The notes: generated by a model from the sequence alone, not told the origin. A DNA stretch of 64,000 bases from an uncultured Veillonella sp. (GCA_900544365.1 UQVF01000002.1:612-64611), one strand, 5' to 3'. Shown: positions 50,474 through 60,915, numbered from the stretch's first letter. A program made the numbers and translations.

Positions 50474-52492
50474 GTGGCGACAATTACAAACTATATAAAT
50501 TTATCAACAAATATTCCTACCATTGCTCAAAGTGCAGCGAATGGAATGCAAATGTTAGCCAACGGCGCTAATAATGCGACAGGCAAAATGCAACAATTTA
50601 TAAATGTCACAAACTCAGCTAAAAGCGGTTGGGGTGGATTCCTTGCTTCATTCACTGGCAACCTCTTCGCAGATGTGGCAATGCGAGGTATTACCATGGT
50701 CACTGGTGCAATTAGTAGCCTTAATCAAACAGCCAACGAGTTTAATTCGATTCAGGCAAGGCTTAATTTGGTTACAGGCGATCAAGCAAATGCAGTAGCA
50801 TTGAATAAGCAAATTTATGATTCAGCAATACGGGCCCGTGGTGGTTACATGGAAATGGCAGAATCTGTAACGCAATTATCAATGTCAGCACACGATGCTT
50901 TCCCTGATCCATGGGAAGCAGTTGGATTTATGGAGGGCATTCAAAAGCTATTCGTTATTGGTGGGGCAAGCAAAGAAAATCAAAAGAACGCCATGCTCCA
51001 ATTAACACAAGGCATGGCAAGTGGTCAATTGCAAGGTGATGAGTTCCGTTCAATCGCAGAAAACGCTCCAATCATTGAAAATATGATTGCCAAAACCATG
51101 GGCGTAAGCCGTGGAGAACTCAAGCAGTTAGCAGCGGATGGTAAAGTTACATCTGAGGTAATTAAGAAGTCGATTATGGACAATATGCCAGAAATTGAAG
51201 CACAATTTGCTAAAATGCCTAAGACATTTGATGACCATATGACGGAGTTAAAAAACCGAGCTATCAACGCATTTACACCAGTATTTGAGCGATTAAAAGA
51301 CCTTGGTAACAGTGAAGTCATGGGTAGGATGTTTGACGGCATAGCCAATGCCATAGAATATGTAGCGCCGCTCTTCTATTGGCTCGTAGGAGTTGCAGAA
51401 TGGGCAATGTCAGGAATTACCACGGCATTTGGTGCTGTTACCGACTTCTTGAGCAATAACTTCGGGATTGTTGAGGTAGCATTCGGAATCGCCGTTGGGG
51501 TGCTCACTTATTATGCAACGATGACCTTAATTTCCGCAGCTAATACGGCGGTAATGATGGCATCAACGGCCGCTGCAACGGTGGTGGAGTGGGCGTTAGC
51601 GGCATCTAAAATAGCATCAACATTGGCACAGGAAGGGCTTAATGCAGCACTGTATGCATGTCCGATTACTTGGATTGTGGCAGGAATCATTGCCTTAATT
51701 GGCGTGTTTTATTTGGCAGTATCCGCGGTGAATTACTTCGCAGGTACTTCAATTAGTGCCACAGGATTAATATTCGGCGCATTCGCTTGGTTGTGGGCTA
51801 GTATTCGCAATGGGATTACATTCGTATGGAATTGGATTGCAAGTTTTGCCAACTTCTTGGGGAATGTATTCAATGATCCATTAAATGCCACTTACAATCT
51901 ATTTGCAGATATTTGGAATGGCATCGTTGATTTGATTGGCCAAGCGGTGAACTCGGCGCTTTCATTGATTAAGAAAATTCCAGGTATGGATAAGATCATG
52001 GGCGACACTACTGTAAATGCTGGAGCGCTTCATATAGAACGCAAGGCTATTGCGGGCGGCGAAACCACGCTGTTAGGCAAAATGGACTATGTAAGTCAAA
52101 TGGATTATGCAGAGTCTGGTTATAAAATGGGAGAAAATTTGTTTAACTTTGAAATGCCACAAATTAAAATTCCTGATTTTGATGCAAAGAAAATAGGTGA
52201 AATTCCGACGCATAAAGACGGGACTCCAAAAGATTCTAAAGCAGGGCGAAGAACAGCTCACCATACAAAACGGACGGCAGATGCAGTTGAGATGACGGCG
52301 GATGAAATCAAGGAACTTCGTGAGAGTGCGGTTCAATCGGCACTTAACCAATTCAACCAATCTCACGTCATCGTGAATGTGGACATGGATAACAACATCT
52401 CCAATGAAATGGAATTAGATGGGGTTACATCAAAATTGCTTGACGGTATTCGTAATGCTGTGGGCATGAAACGGGAAGGGGTGGCAATGTAA
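50474..52492 (+). CDS. Tape measure protein
   Basis: QLTQGMASGQLQGDEFRSIAENAP; hydrophobic repeats; position. Confidence 0.92.
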   Translation: MATITNYINLSTNIPTIAQSAANGMQMLANGANNATGKMQQFINVTNSAKSGWGGFLASFTGNLFADVAMRGITMVTGAISSLNQTANEFNSIQARLNLVTGDQANAVALNKQIYDSAIRARGGYMEMAESVTQLSMSAHDAFPDPWEAVGFMEGIQKLFVIGGASKENQKNAMLQLTQGMASGQLQGDEFRSIAENAPIIENMIAKTMGVSRGELKQLAADGKVTSEVIKKSIMDNMPEIEAQFAKMPKTFDDHMTELKNRAINAFTPVFERLKDLGNSEVMGRMFDGIANAIEYVAPLFYWLVGVAEWAMSGITTAFGAVTDFLSNNFGIVEVAFGIAVGVLTYYATMTLISAANTAVMMASTAAATVVEWALAASKIASTLAQEGLNAALYACPITWIVAGIIALIGVFYLAVSAVNYFAGTSISATGLIFGAFAWLWASIRNGITFVWNWIASFANFLGNVFNDPLNATYNLFADIWNGIVDLIGQAVNSALSLIKKIPGMDKIMGDTTVNAGALHIERKAIAGGETTLLGKMDYVSQMDYAESGYKMGENLFNFEMPQIKIPDFDAKKIGEIPTHKDGTPKDSKAGRRTAHHTKRTADAVEMTADEIKELRESAVQSALNQFNQSHVIVNVDMDNNISNEMELDGVTSKLLDGIRNAVGMKREGVAM

Positions 52493-53157
52493 TGTATTAT
52501 TTTTTCTTAAACTCAATGCAGATACCGATTCCACCACCTTCGATGACTACATCCATCAATGGGAAAAACGAAACCATTGATTTGATAGGCGCTGGAGAGG
52601 TTAACATTATTAAGCCTCCAGGGCTAACAGATTGGTCATTCAAAATATTACTTCCTAACAACGATTACCCTTTCAATCAATCTCTTATTATGAAGTCGAA
52701 AAAGGCGGAGTATTACCTCGACAAACTCAAGCGATTTAAGCAAGAGAAAAAGCCTTTTCAGTTTATCGTAGTACGGATGAGTGAAAAGGGTGACATGCTT
52801 AGTATGACCAATACTAAGGTGACGTTAGAAGACTACTCAATTGAAGAATCTCACGAATTAGGCATTGACTGTGAGGTACCTATTAAGCTCAAGCAATGGA
52901 AGGATTGGGGCGCTAAGAAACTATTTGTAGAGACCGATGAAAAGGGTAATGCAAAAGGCACGGTCACAACCAATAGACCGTCAGATAAAGTGCCTAATCA
53001 AACAGCTAAGGTAAAACAAGGTAATACCTTGCAACAAATTGTAAAACGTGAATTTGGAAACACGAACAATCTATTTGCAATTGCATCGCTCAATAAGATT
53101 GCAGTTCCTGCTGCGCTTGCAGTCGGTCAAGTTATTCAATTGAAAGAAGGCAAATAA
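52492..53157 (+). CDS. XkdP-like LysM tail protein
   Basis: C-terminal LysM (VKQGNTLQQI...LAVGQVIQL). Confidence 0.8.
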   Translation: MYYFFLNSMQIPIPPPSMTTSINGKNETIDLIGAGEVNIIKPPGLTDWSFKILLPNNDYPFNQSLIMKSKKAEYYLDKLKRFKQEKKPFQFIVVRMSEKGDMLSMTNTKVTLEDYSIEESHELGIDCEVPIKLKQWKDWGAKKLFVETDEKGNAKGTVTTNRPSDKVPNQTAKVKQGNTLQQIVKREFGNTNNLFAIASLNKIAVPAALAVGQVIQLKEGK

Positions 53158-54659
53158 TGGTTACTCAAATGGCAATGCCAGTACCGTATCGATACCAACT
53201 TATCATAAGAAATGGCAATAATCAATACCTAGTAGACCCTTTAGAGGGAGTACAAGTTACAAGAGGAATTGACGGCATTCCCTCTAAAATGACTTTCAAA
53301 GTAATGACAGACGGTATCTTGCAATTTGAAGAAGGTAATGCAGTTCAATTTAAACTCAATGATGATATTGTATTTGTGGGCAACGTATTCGAGAAATCAC
53401 GTGACAAAAGTGGTGTAATCAGTGTTACAGCCTACGACCAATTGCGATATTTAAAGAATAAGGATTGTTACGTATACGGGGGTATTACGGCCACTGACCT
53501 GGTTAAAATGATAGCCACTGACTTTGGCTTACAAATAGGTGAACTCGACAATACGCAGTACGTCATTCCATCTACTCCAATGCGTGTAGAGAAGAACAAA
53601 ACTCTCATTGACATCATCATGTACGCATTAGAACAAACGGTAATCAACACACCTAAGCACGACCTGTATCATCTATATGACAATAAGGGTAAATTAATGC
53701 TAAAGTCTTTGGAATCTATGAAAACTGACATCTTCATTGACGATGACGTCATGGAAAATATTGATTATAAAACATCTATCGACAAAGACACATACAATCA
53801 AGTGAAGATAGTGCGTAATGTGCCAGATGGTGATTCAAAGAAATTAGTAACAACCGCCATTTTAAAAGATGACGAAAACATCAAGAAATGGGGGCGATTG
53901 CAATACTTAATGATGCCAGATGATAAGGTAACAAATGCAGTCGATAGGGCTAAGCGAATCATAAGCCTAAAGAATCGTAAAACTCGTGAGATTAGGCTCA
54001 AAAATGTCATTGGTGATGTTAGGGTGCGTGGTGGCACCTTGTTATACCTCAAGAAGAATCTAGGCGATATTGTGGTGGATAATTACGTTATGGTGGAATC
54101 GGTAACACATACTTTCAAACATGGCTACCACTCGATGGACCTCGATGTGTATTATCAAGGCGACCCTGCAAAATATGAAGTCGCCAAAGATGAAGATGCA
54201 AAAGCGGTTGAGCAGATTAAGGCGGCGGAGCAGAAGAAGTCACAACATAGTGGAGGTAATACGGTGGGAGGAGTTAACCCAAATCAAGTGGATTATGGGT
54301 TCCAAGCAAATGAAGGCATGGTATCTCAATATGGCGAAGTCGGCTGTGTAGACGTAGCCGTAAAAACTGGTTCGTACTATAACAAAGACCTTAAGGAATT
54401 AGCCGATAGAGGTGTGGCAGATGTTGACACTCTTGAAAGCTCCTTGAAAGCTAAAGGATATAAAGTCGAATCATATAATGGCTATGCCAATAAGGGCGAC
54501 TTACTTGTATACGGCAATAACGATCACGTTATTATCGCAGATGGCGCAGGCGGTGGATTTGGTAACAGTTCAAGTCGTGGCCATGCTATGCGATATGGCG
54601 ACGTCAATTACGCATGGGGCAATGGTGAAGCCCCTACTAAAGTAATAAGGATGGGTTGA
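53157..54659 (+). CDS. XkdQ-like baseplate hub with C-terminal Cys/His peptidase-like domain
   Basis: TAYDQLRYLKNKD, WGRLQY; C-terminal GCV...GDLLVY...HV. Confidence 0.8.
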   Translation: MVTQMAMPVPYRYQLIIRNGNNQYLVDPLEGVQVTRGIDGIPSKMTFKVMTDGILQFEEGNAVQFKLNDDIVFVGNVFEKSRDKSGVISVTAYDQLRYLKNKDCYVYGGITATDLVKMIATDFGLQIGELDNTQYVIPSTPMRVEKNKTLIDIIMYALEQTVINTPKHDLYHLYDNKGKLMLKSLESMKTDIFIDDDVMENIDYKTSIDKDTYNQVKIVRNVPDGDSKKLVTTAILKDDENIKKWGRLQYLMMPDDKVTNAVDRAKRIISLKNRKTREIRLKNVIGDVRVRGGTLLYLKKNLGDIVVDNYVMVESVTHTFKHGYHSMDLDVYYQGDPAKYEVAKDEDAKAVEQIKAAEQKKSQHSGGNTVGGVNPNQVDYGFQANEGMVSQYGEVGCVDVAVKTGSYYNKDLKELADRGVADVDTLESSLKAKGYKVESYNGYANKGDLLVYGNNDHVIIADGAGGGFGNSSSRGHAMRYGDVNYAWGNGEAPTKVIRMG

Positions 54660-54660
54660 T

Positions 54661-55074
54661 ATGGAGAACGATTTTAATAAACTAGTGGACACTTTCAAAA
54701 CGCTAGTCACTGACACCATGAATGCCTACGTCATGAGTGATATTGTGATAGGGGAAGTCATAAGCATTAGCCCCTATCAAATCCAAGTTGACCCTAAAAT
54801 TATCATTCCTGAAAGTAACCTGGTATTCACTAAGAATACAACTGATTGGACGGCAGAAATAAGTGTTGACCACGTTACAGAGAATCGTGCGGGAGGCGTT
54901 GGTGCAGCAGAATACCAAAGTCATAATCACGATTATGTAGGCAGAAAAAAGTTCCTTATCCATAACTCACTCAAGGTAGGGGATAAGGCAATTCTAATTC
55001 AAGAAAGTGGCGGACAGCGCTATATTGTGCTTGACCGCTGGTACAATTCGAATAGGGGGTGCACTACTAAATGA
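54661..55074 (+). CDS. XkdR/DUF2577-like baseplate protein
   Basis: GEVISISP, LKVGDKAILI, GGQRYIVLD. Confidence 0.8.
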   Translation: MENDFNKLVDTFKTLVTDTMNAYVMSDIVIGEVISISPYQIQVDPKIIIPESNLVFTKNTTDWTAEISVDHVTENRAGGVGAAEYQSHNHDYVGRKKFLIHNSLKVGDKAILIQESGGQRYIVLDRWYNSNRGCTTK

Positions 55075-55487
55075 GTGATAGGTTAACACCAAACGAAACC
55101 ATCGCAGATGTTACCATTGCGCATCAACCTAGTTATACGTATTCCCTTGATTATGCTAGGGATAGTCAAATTCGAGGGTTTACAGATGAATTAGAAGCGA
55201 TGAAACAAGCTATCTATAAGATTATTAACACAGAACGATATGAATACATTATTTACAGCTGGAATTATGGAATTGAACTGCAAGACCTATTTGGTCAACC
55301 AATCCCATATGTATACGCAGAGTTACAACGACGCATCTCGGAAGCCTTATTGGCGGATGATCGCATAAAGGATGTGTATGGGTTTGAGTTTGGACATAAT
55401 CAAGGAGATGTATTCACAACGTTCAGTGTAGATACCATCTATGGAACCATTACAGATATTAGAAAGGAGCTGATTAACGTTGTATGA
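55071..55487 (+). CDS. XkdS/DUF2634-like baseplate protein
   Basis: EAMKQAIYKIINTERY, YSWNYGIEL, EALLADDRI. Confidence 0.85.
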   Translation: MSDRLTPNETIADVTIAHQPSYTYSLDYARDSQIRGFTDELEAMKQAIYKIINTERYEYIIYSWNYGIELQDLFGQPIPYVYAELQRRISEALLADDRIKDVYGFEFGHNQGDVFTTFSVDTIYGTITDIRKELINVV

Positions 55488-56550
55488 GCATATGACAGCC
55501 GACAAAATTGAACAGCGCATGCTTGGTAGGGTCAATCATGCATTCGATAGGCGTGAGGGGTCAATCATTTACGATGCAACGGCTCCAGCATCTATTGAAC
55601 TCGCTGAACTCTATATCATGGCCGATGTAATTTTAAGAGAAACGTTCGCTAAAACGGCGAGCCGTGAGTTCTTGAAATTGCGAGCCTCCGAGTTTAATAT
55701 ATACCCAGAAGAAGCGACTTTCGCAGAGGTAGAGGGTAAATTCAATGCCCCAGTCCCTTTAGGAAGTCGTTTTAATTTTGAAGAATACAATTTTATTGTT
55801 GATGAAGTGATAGACGATACCAATCATAGGTATAAAATGCGATGTGAGACACGTGGACGTGGCGCCAATGGATGCATTGGATATGTTACCCCTGTGGTGC
55901 CTGTAAACGGGCTTACAAGCGCAGAAATTGTAAAAATCATAACTCCAGGGGAAGATGAAGAAGACACCGAAGTATTCCGTAAAAGATATTTTGAGGCGTT
56001 AAAATCTAAAGCCTATGGGGGTAATGGTGCAGATTATAAAGAAAAGGTGCTTGCGATTCCAGGAGTTGGTGGTGTTAAAGTGTATCGATGTTGGAATGGT
56101 GGAGGTACAGTTAAATTAGTCATTACTAACAGTGAACACAGTGTAGCGGATTCCGAACTTATTAAAATGGTTCAAAATAAAATCGACCCAGTACCGCAAG
56201 GTAAAGGGTATGGAATTGCTCCAATTGGTCACACTGTAACGGTGGTTAGTGCAGAATCTGCACCACTCACGATTAACGCAAGAGTGACATTGAGCGGGGG
56301 AAGAACATCCCAAGATTTGCAACCAATCGCTACCAAGGCGATAGAATCCTACTTACTAGGTATTCGCAAGGGATGGGGAGAGAATGACGATAGAGGGCGA
56401 GATACAGTCAGAACTGCTTATATCGTAGCTGAAATTCTAAAACTTCCTAATGTTATTGATGTTGATTCCGTCACAATCAACGGTAGAAGTGATAAGGTGC
56501 TACTAGAAGCGCATCAAATCCCTACCGTTGGTCAATTAACATTAACGTAG
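55480..56550 (+). CDS. Baseplate J / XkdT
   Basis: DRREGSIIYDA, GGNGADY, WNGGGTVK, GIAPIGH. Confidence 0.9.
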   Translation: MYEHMTADKIEQRMLGRVNHAFDRREGSIIYDATAPASIELAELYIMADVILRETFAKTASREFLKLRASEFNIYPEEATFAEVEGKFNAPVPLGSRFNFEEYNFIVDEVIDDTNHRYKMRCETRGRGANGCIGYVTPVVPVNGLTSAEIVKIITPGEDEEDTEVFRKRYFEALKSKAYGGNGADYKEKVLAIPGVGGVKVYRCWNGGGTVKLVITNSEHSVADSELIKMVQNKIDPVPQGKGYGIAPIGHTVTVVSAESAPLTINARVTLSGGRTSQDLQPIATKAIESYLLGIRKGWGENDDRGRDTVRTAYIVAEILKLPNVIDVDSVTINGRSDKVLLEAHQIPTVGQLTLT

Positions 56551-57180
56551 GTGGCTAACATGGAATATAGACGTAACGATATTGATATATCCCAATTCCT
56601 ACCACCTGTTAGCCGAGATAGCCGTGATATGCAAGAAATCATGCGTGTAGAGAATCCCGAGTTTATACTATTATGGGAAATCATGGCGGATTTACTAGAT
56701 AATCAGTTTATTCCTAGCATGGGTGAACTCGGATTGTCGCATTGGGAATGGATACTTGAGGTATTACCGCAAGATACCGACACAATTGAGGATAGGCGCA
56801 ATCGTATATTACGGCTATTGGCAGGAACAAGACCTTATACGGTGGAGAAACTTCAAGAAATGCTTGATGCCACATTTGGTCGTGGTGCTGTTGGTGTGGA
56901 TTTGAACGAAAATCTCTACGAAATTTGGTTCATTTTAAGCAAAGAAATGCGTGAACGATCGAGCGAAGTCATCAATTATGCTGAACCAATCGTTCCCAAG
57001 AATTTGCTGCTCAAAACATTAGTAGAAGAGAAAGTTCAAACGAAATCAACACTTGGTGGTGGTTTGTATTTAGTGGATAAAGAAATTACTATTCTTAAAC
57101 CAAGAAATTATGACATTTCATCGACCATTTATAACGGTGGAGCCCTTGCAAGCACCACTATTGAAATTACAAGGAGGTAA
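56551..57180 (+). CDS. XkdU/YmfQ-like baseplate protein
   Basis: GLSHWEWIL, DTIEDRR, IVPKNL. Confidence 0.8.
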   Translation: MANMEYRRNDIDISQFLPPVSRDSRDMQEIMRVENPEFILLWEIMADLLDNQFIPSMGELGLSHWEWILEVLPQDTDTIEDRRNRILRLLAGTRPYTVEKLQEMLDATFGRGAVGVDLNENLYEIWFILSKEMRERSSEVINYAEPIVPKNLLLKTLVEEKVQTKSTLGGGLYLVDKEITILKPRNYDISSTIYNGGALASTTIEITRR

Positions 57181-57183
57181 CAG

Positions 57184-58443
57184 ATGGCATGGAGTCAAGC
57201 CTATCTAACGAATGTAGGTAAGCAATTACAAGCATCCGTTATGGCAAACGAATTAAAATTACATATTGAAGAAATTTGGCTAGGGGATGGAAATGTTAGC
57301 AATGTGGAAACAGCCAACGACCTTGGCGCAAAGAAGTTAAAATTACAGATTGCTGGAATTACACAGGATAATACCGAGTGCTTAGTTCGGTTCAGAATCT
57401 CAAACGAATCTATTCAAACGCCTATTGTTATGCGTGAAATCGGATTTTACGCTCGTGATAAACGAGGGCAATTAATCCTCTACTCAATTATGAAAGATGA
57501 AGACCCATCCACATTGCCAGTAGTGAATGGTCAAGCTATCTATCGCCAAAATATGAACGTTGCGTTTGGATTCAGTAATGCGCAGCAAGTGACGTGTAAT
57601 GTGACGTTGCATGAAGGCTTGAACGAGCAACAAGTAGATGCGAAGATTACCGCTCACAATGCAAATGACACAGCTCACAATTTAGATAGATACGCAGGCG
57701 GTTCCACCATTCCAAGTAACATTAGGAATTGGAACGACCTCACCAAGCCAGGAATATACGAATGCAACGCAGGAGTGCTAGGATGGAGTAATGCGCCATC
57801 ATCCAGTAAAATCTACCCATATGGACAAATCCATGTGAATAAAACAGAGGGAAACGTAATCACTCAAACGTTTTATTCTCACGGCCAAGGAAAAGCAATA
57901 AAACAAGCCAGCCGTACGTTCTATAATGCTTGGGGCGCATGGCAATATTTTGGGGATTGGGACAATACGATTACAGGCATTGCCAAGCATAACGAGGGCA
58001 TTAACGTCACAAAAGGCGATGCAACAGAACTTGTTAAGTTAATTACTAACAACAAGTCCGATTCTAACACATTGTTGGCGCCTACATTGGCGGTTGTAAA
58101 GGCCTTAATTGGGGACGTGAATATAGATGTTACTAGCATCCTAAAATCTCAAGGAGTTCGCTACGATTTCTCCAACGAAAATGCCTGGTATATATGCCTA
58201 GGTTCCTCATTCGGTGGTTTGATTATCCAAGGGGGAAAAGCGAGCCAAAAGTTGGATCGTTCTAGTAATAAAGGCCATGCAACATTTCCAATTCTATTCA
58301 ATAAAGTATTAACTGTGTTAGGCACTTTGCATCCAGATGCAGCTACTAACAGCACGTATAATCTTGATGATACTGTAAGGTTTACAACTTCTGGTGTAAC
58401 TTTTGATCACTTTGAGCATTATTATATTGCATTCGGGCTTTAA
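57184..58443 (+). CDS. Tail fibre protein with exchangeable C-terminal cassette
   Basis: LTNVG/REIGFYA fibre N-terminus, knob-like domain (NDLTKPGIY...WGAW), GLIIQGG junction into cassette 1. Confidence 0.9.
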   Translation: MAWSQAYLTNVGKQLQASVMANELKLHIEEIWLGDGNVSNVETANDLGAKKLKLQIAGITQDNTECLVRFRISNESIQTPIVMREIGFYARDKRGQLILYSIMKDEDPSTLPVVNGQAIYRQNMNVAFGFSNAQQVTCNVTLHEGLNEQQVDAKITAHNANDTAHNLDRYAGGSTIPSNIRNWNDLTKPGIYECNAGVLGWSNAPSSSKIYPYGQIHVNKTEGNVITQTFYSHGQGKAIKQASRTFYNAWGAWQYFGDWDNTITGIAKHNEGINVTKGDATELVKLITNNKSDSNTLLAPTLAVVKALIGDVNIDVTSILKSQGVRYDFSNENAWYICLGSSFGGLIIQGGKASQKLDRSSNKGHATFPILFNKVLTVLGTLHPDAATNSTYNLDDTVRFTTSGVTFDHFEHYYIAFGL

Positions 58444-59547
58444 AACTCCAAGGGGGAAAAGCAACCACAAGCAGTAAAGAAGCTTTACCAGCATCAGCAA
58501 ACTTTCCTATTTCCTTTAAAAGAGTATTAAGCGCTGTGGGTACATTAGATAATAGTGTTCCAAATTATAGTGCACAGAATTTTGATGATGAAATATCTTT
58601 AACCAAGACAAGTATTACATTCAAATATTATCCACACTATTACATTGCCATCGGCGTTTAACCCCAAGGGGGAATATCTGTTGAGAGTGTTGGGGAGAAT
58701 GGTTATAGAACCTATCCAATTGCATTTAAATCTAAATGCTTTTATGCAAATGCAATATCCTTGTTACCTCAATTCAATGTAGGAGCATGGTGCAAAGTTG
58801 TGGATAATTCTAAGTTCTTATGTGGCTTGGGGAATGATTACGGATCAGATGGAATAACACCTGCGGTAAGATATATAGCAATAGGATTTTAAACTCCGTA
58901 CGCAATCCAATAAAGTTTTGAAATAACGACATCATCGCTATTTGCCATGAAACTTTGACTGCTTAATTCGTTCACACGGACAAAACTCTTATAAGGGTTA
59001 GTGCCACTTCTACCAACAGGAGTAACGCTTAAATTAACTGCTTTTTTAAACGCAATTGGGAAAACAATCGTTTCATTGTAAGTGTGTAATTGGGCTCTAA
59101 TTCCCCCTTGGGGTTATGATCCTAAAGCTAACCATGTTGTAAAGTATTCCCTATTATCGTGAGAATAAAGTTTAAAATTTTGCAATGTTACTTCTTTGTA
59201 ACTAGGAGCATTTACACCCCAGCCTTTAGTTACTTGGATACCTAAGACTTTCCGCTGGAATGCAATAGGGAATGTTACTAAATCATCGTTTCGCTCTTGG
59301 CGCTTTCCCCCTTGGCTAATATCCAAATACTATGTATGAGATTGGGCTTGTAAATGCACTACCAATGGTATCGCGTGTGATTTTGCATTTGCGCAAATCC
59401 GTAAAGCTTAAATAAGCCACGGCGCCACCATCAGACGATCTGTTGTAGATGGCAGTTAGTGAGCCTCCGAGTACTTTGTGAGTAAATGCGATGGGGTAAT
59501 TAACATCTAAGGTAGTATCGTAAATACTCGCAGTAGTTCCCCCTTGG
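58227..59547. other. Tail-fibre shufflon: six C-terminal cassettes, each headed by an 11-bp CCAAGGGGGAA site
   Basis: Sites on + at 58227, 58448, 58664; on - at 59101-59111, 59305-59315, 59537-59547; each opens a QGG...(F/Y)PIxF...G-x-stop frame. Confidence 0.93.
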
Positions 59548-60474
59548 TTATTTAAGCAATCGAATTGCCTTACGCAATTGACCTAATGATTTGTGAGTAT
59601 ATACTCCATCAGTAACGTTGCCACTAGCGTGGCCAAGCAGTAATCGCTTGGCATTGTAGTTAGCACCCTCATTATCAAGGCGTGTAGCAAATGTATGGCG
59701 GCAATCGTGGGTAGTGTGCTTGGCATTAATGGCTTTCATAGCCTTATCGAACTCACGGCTGAGGGATGAGTATGTACGGCACTCCTTAATGACGTAGACC
59801 GCATCAAGCCTACGTGTAATGATAGGCCATATGCGATCGTGTATGGGAATAGTTCGGATGCCCGATTTCGTCTTGGCCGATGTGATTTTGATTGTGCGCT
59901 GCTTGCGATTGATATCACGAGCCTTGAGGTTGATTAATTCCGATGCACGCATTCCCGTGTAAAGTAAAATCAATGGAATATCGTGGAGAGGTGATTCTAA
60001 CCGCCATAAGCGATTGATTGCTTGGGTGGTAAACGGCTTATGCGGGCGAACTGGTTTGTTGTGGCCAAGGTTCAAGAATTTAGCATAATTCGTGGTGCAC
60101 CAACCATTAATGATTGAATAGGAGAATAATTGACTAATCAAGGTACGGACCTTCTTGCAAGAACTGTAAGATAATCCACTAACTAACATGTCATCAATGA
60201 TTGATTGCAATTGTAAGTAGGTGATGTTTTGGATTTCTACATTATAAATGCTAACCAGGTGCGCAAAGGCGGAGCCGTAGTTGTTGAGGGTGTTACTACT
60301 AACACTCTTAGCATGTGATGGTAGCCACATTCCATAAACTTCATGAAGTGTTAGGGATTGGCGAGATTGGTTAAGTGCATCAACCGCTTCATCGTAGGTG
60401 GCGTAGTATCCGACTACTGAATAAACAACATAAGGGCGCTTAGTGGCGCCCTTTATCTTTTGAATTAATTTCAT
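59548..60474 (-). CDS. Tyrosine recombinase, putative shufflon invertase
   Basis: YTGMR, KT, HDCRHTF, LLGH, VY; stop codon abuts the sixth site. Confidence 0.92.
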   Translation of the reverse strand: MKLIQKIKGATKRPYVVYSVVGYYATYDEAVDALNQSRQSLTLHEVYGMWLPSHAKSVSSNTLNNYGSAFAHLVSIYNVEIQNITYLQLQSIIDDMLVSGLSYSSCKKVRTLISQLFSYSIINGWCTTNYAKFLNLGHNKPVRPHKPFTTQAINRLWRLESPLHDIPLILLYTGMRASELINLKARDINRKQRTIKITSAKTKSGIRTIPIHDRIWPIITRRLDAVYVIKECRTYSSLSREFDKAMKAINAKHTTHDCRHTFATRLDNEGANYNAKRLLLGHASGNVTDGVYTHKSLGQLRKAIRLLK

Positions 60475-60504
60475 TTTAAATACCTCGAAGAAAGGAGAAA
60501 ATAA

Positions 60505-60903
60505 ATGGAAAATAAGTACGTATTTATTTTAAACGAAAAGGGAGCTCGAGTAACATCCCTATTAATCGGTGTGCATGCTGAGACAGAAGAAGCGTGCCTT
60601 GAACTTGCGAAACGTGACTATCCCAATCACAACTATGTAACAGGTGGTGATGATATGCAAGCACAATTCGTTGATTATAAGTGTTATGTAAATGGTCAAT
60701 TCATTGACTACGTACCAGAAGTGATTGAACCATCTAAAAAGGAAAAAATTGAAGCCTTGAAGAAGGAAGCAGAGGCAGAGCGTGATAAGTTGAAAGAAGT
60801 CTTTTTGACTAAGCAAATGAAGGGCTTACCTACTGACGATATTAAGGCACAATTCAAACAAATTGACGTTGACCTTATCAAGAAAATTCGTGAGTTAAAT
60901 TAG
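60505..60903 (+). CDS. Putative tail-fibre assembly/accessory protein
   Basis: Position after fibre locus; AAAGGAG SD. Confidence 0.5.
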   Translation: MENKYVFILNEKGARVTSLLIGVHAETEEACLELAKRDYPNHNYVTGGDDMQAQFVDYKCYVNGQFIDYVPEVIEPSKKEKIEALKKEAEAERDKLKEVFLTKQMKGLPTDDIKAQFKQIDVDLIKKIRELN

Positions 60904-60915
60904 GAGGGATTTATC

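Noticed and set aside
59114..59326. 70-aa ORF as an independent gene
   Set aside because: It is shufflon cassette 5; its called start lies within the end of cassette 6 with no SD
57184..60474. Diversity-generating retroelement as the source of fibre variation
   Set aside because: No reverse transcriptase and no template/variable repeat pair differing at adenines; the layout fits site-specific inversion
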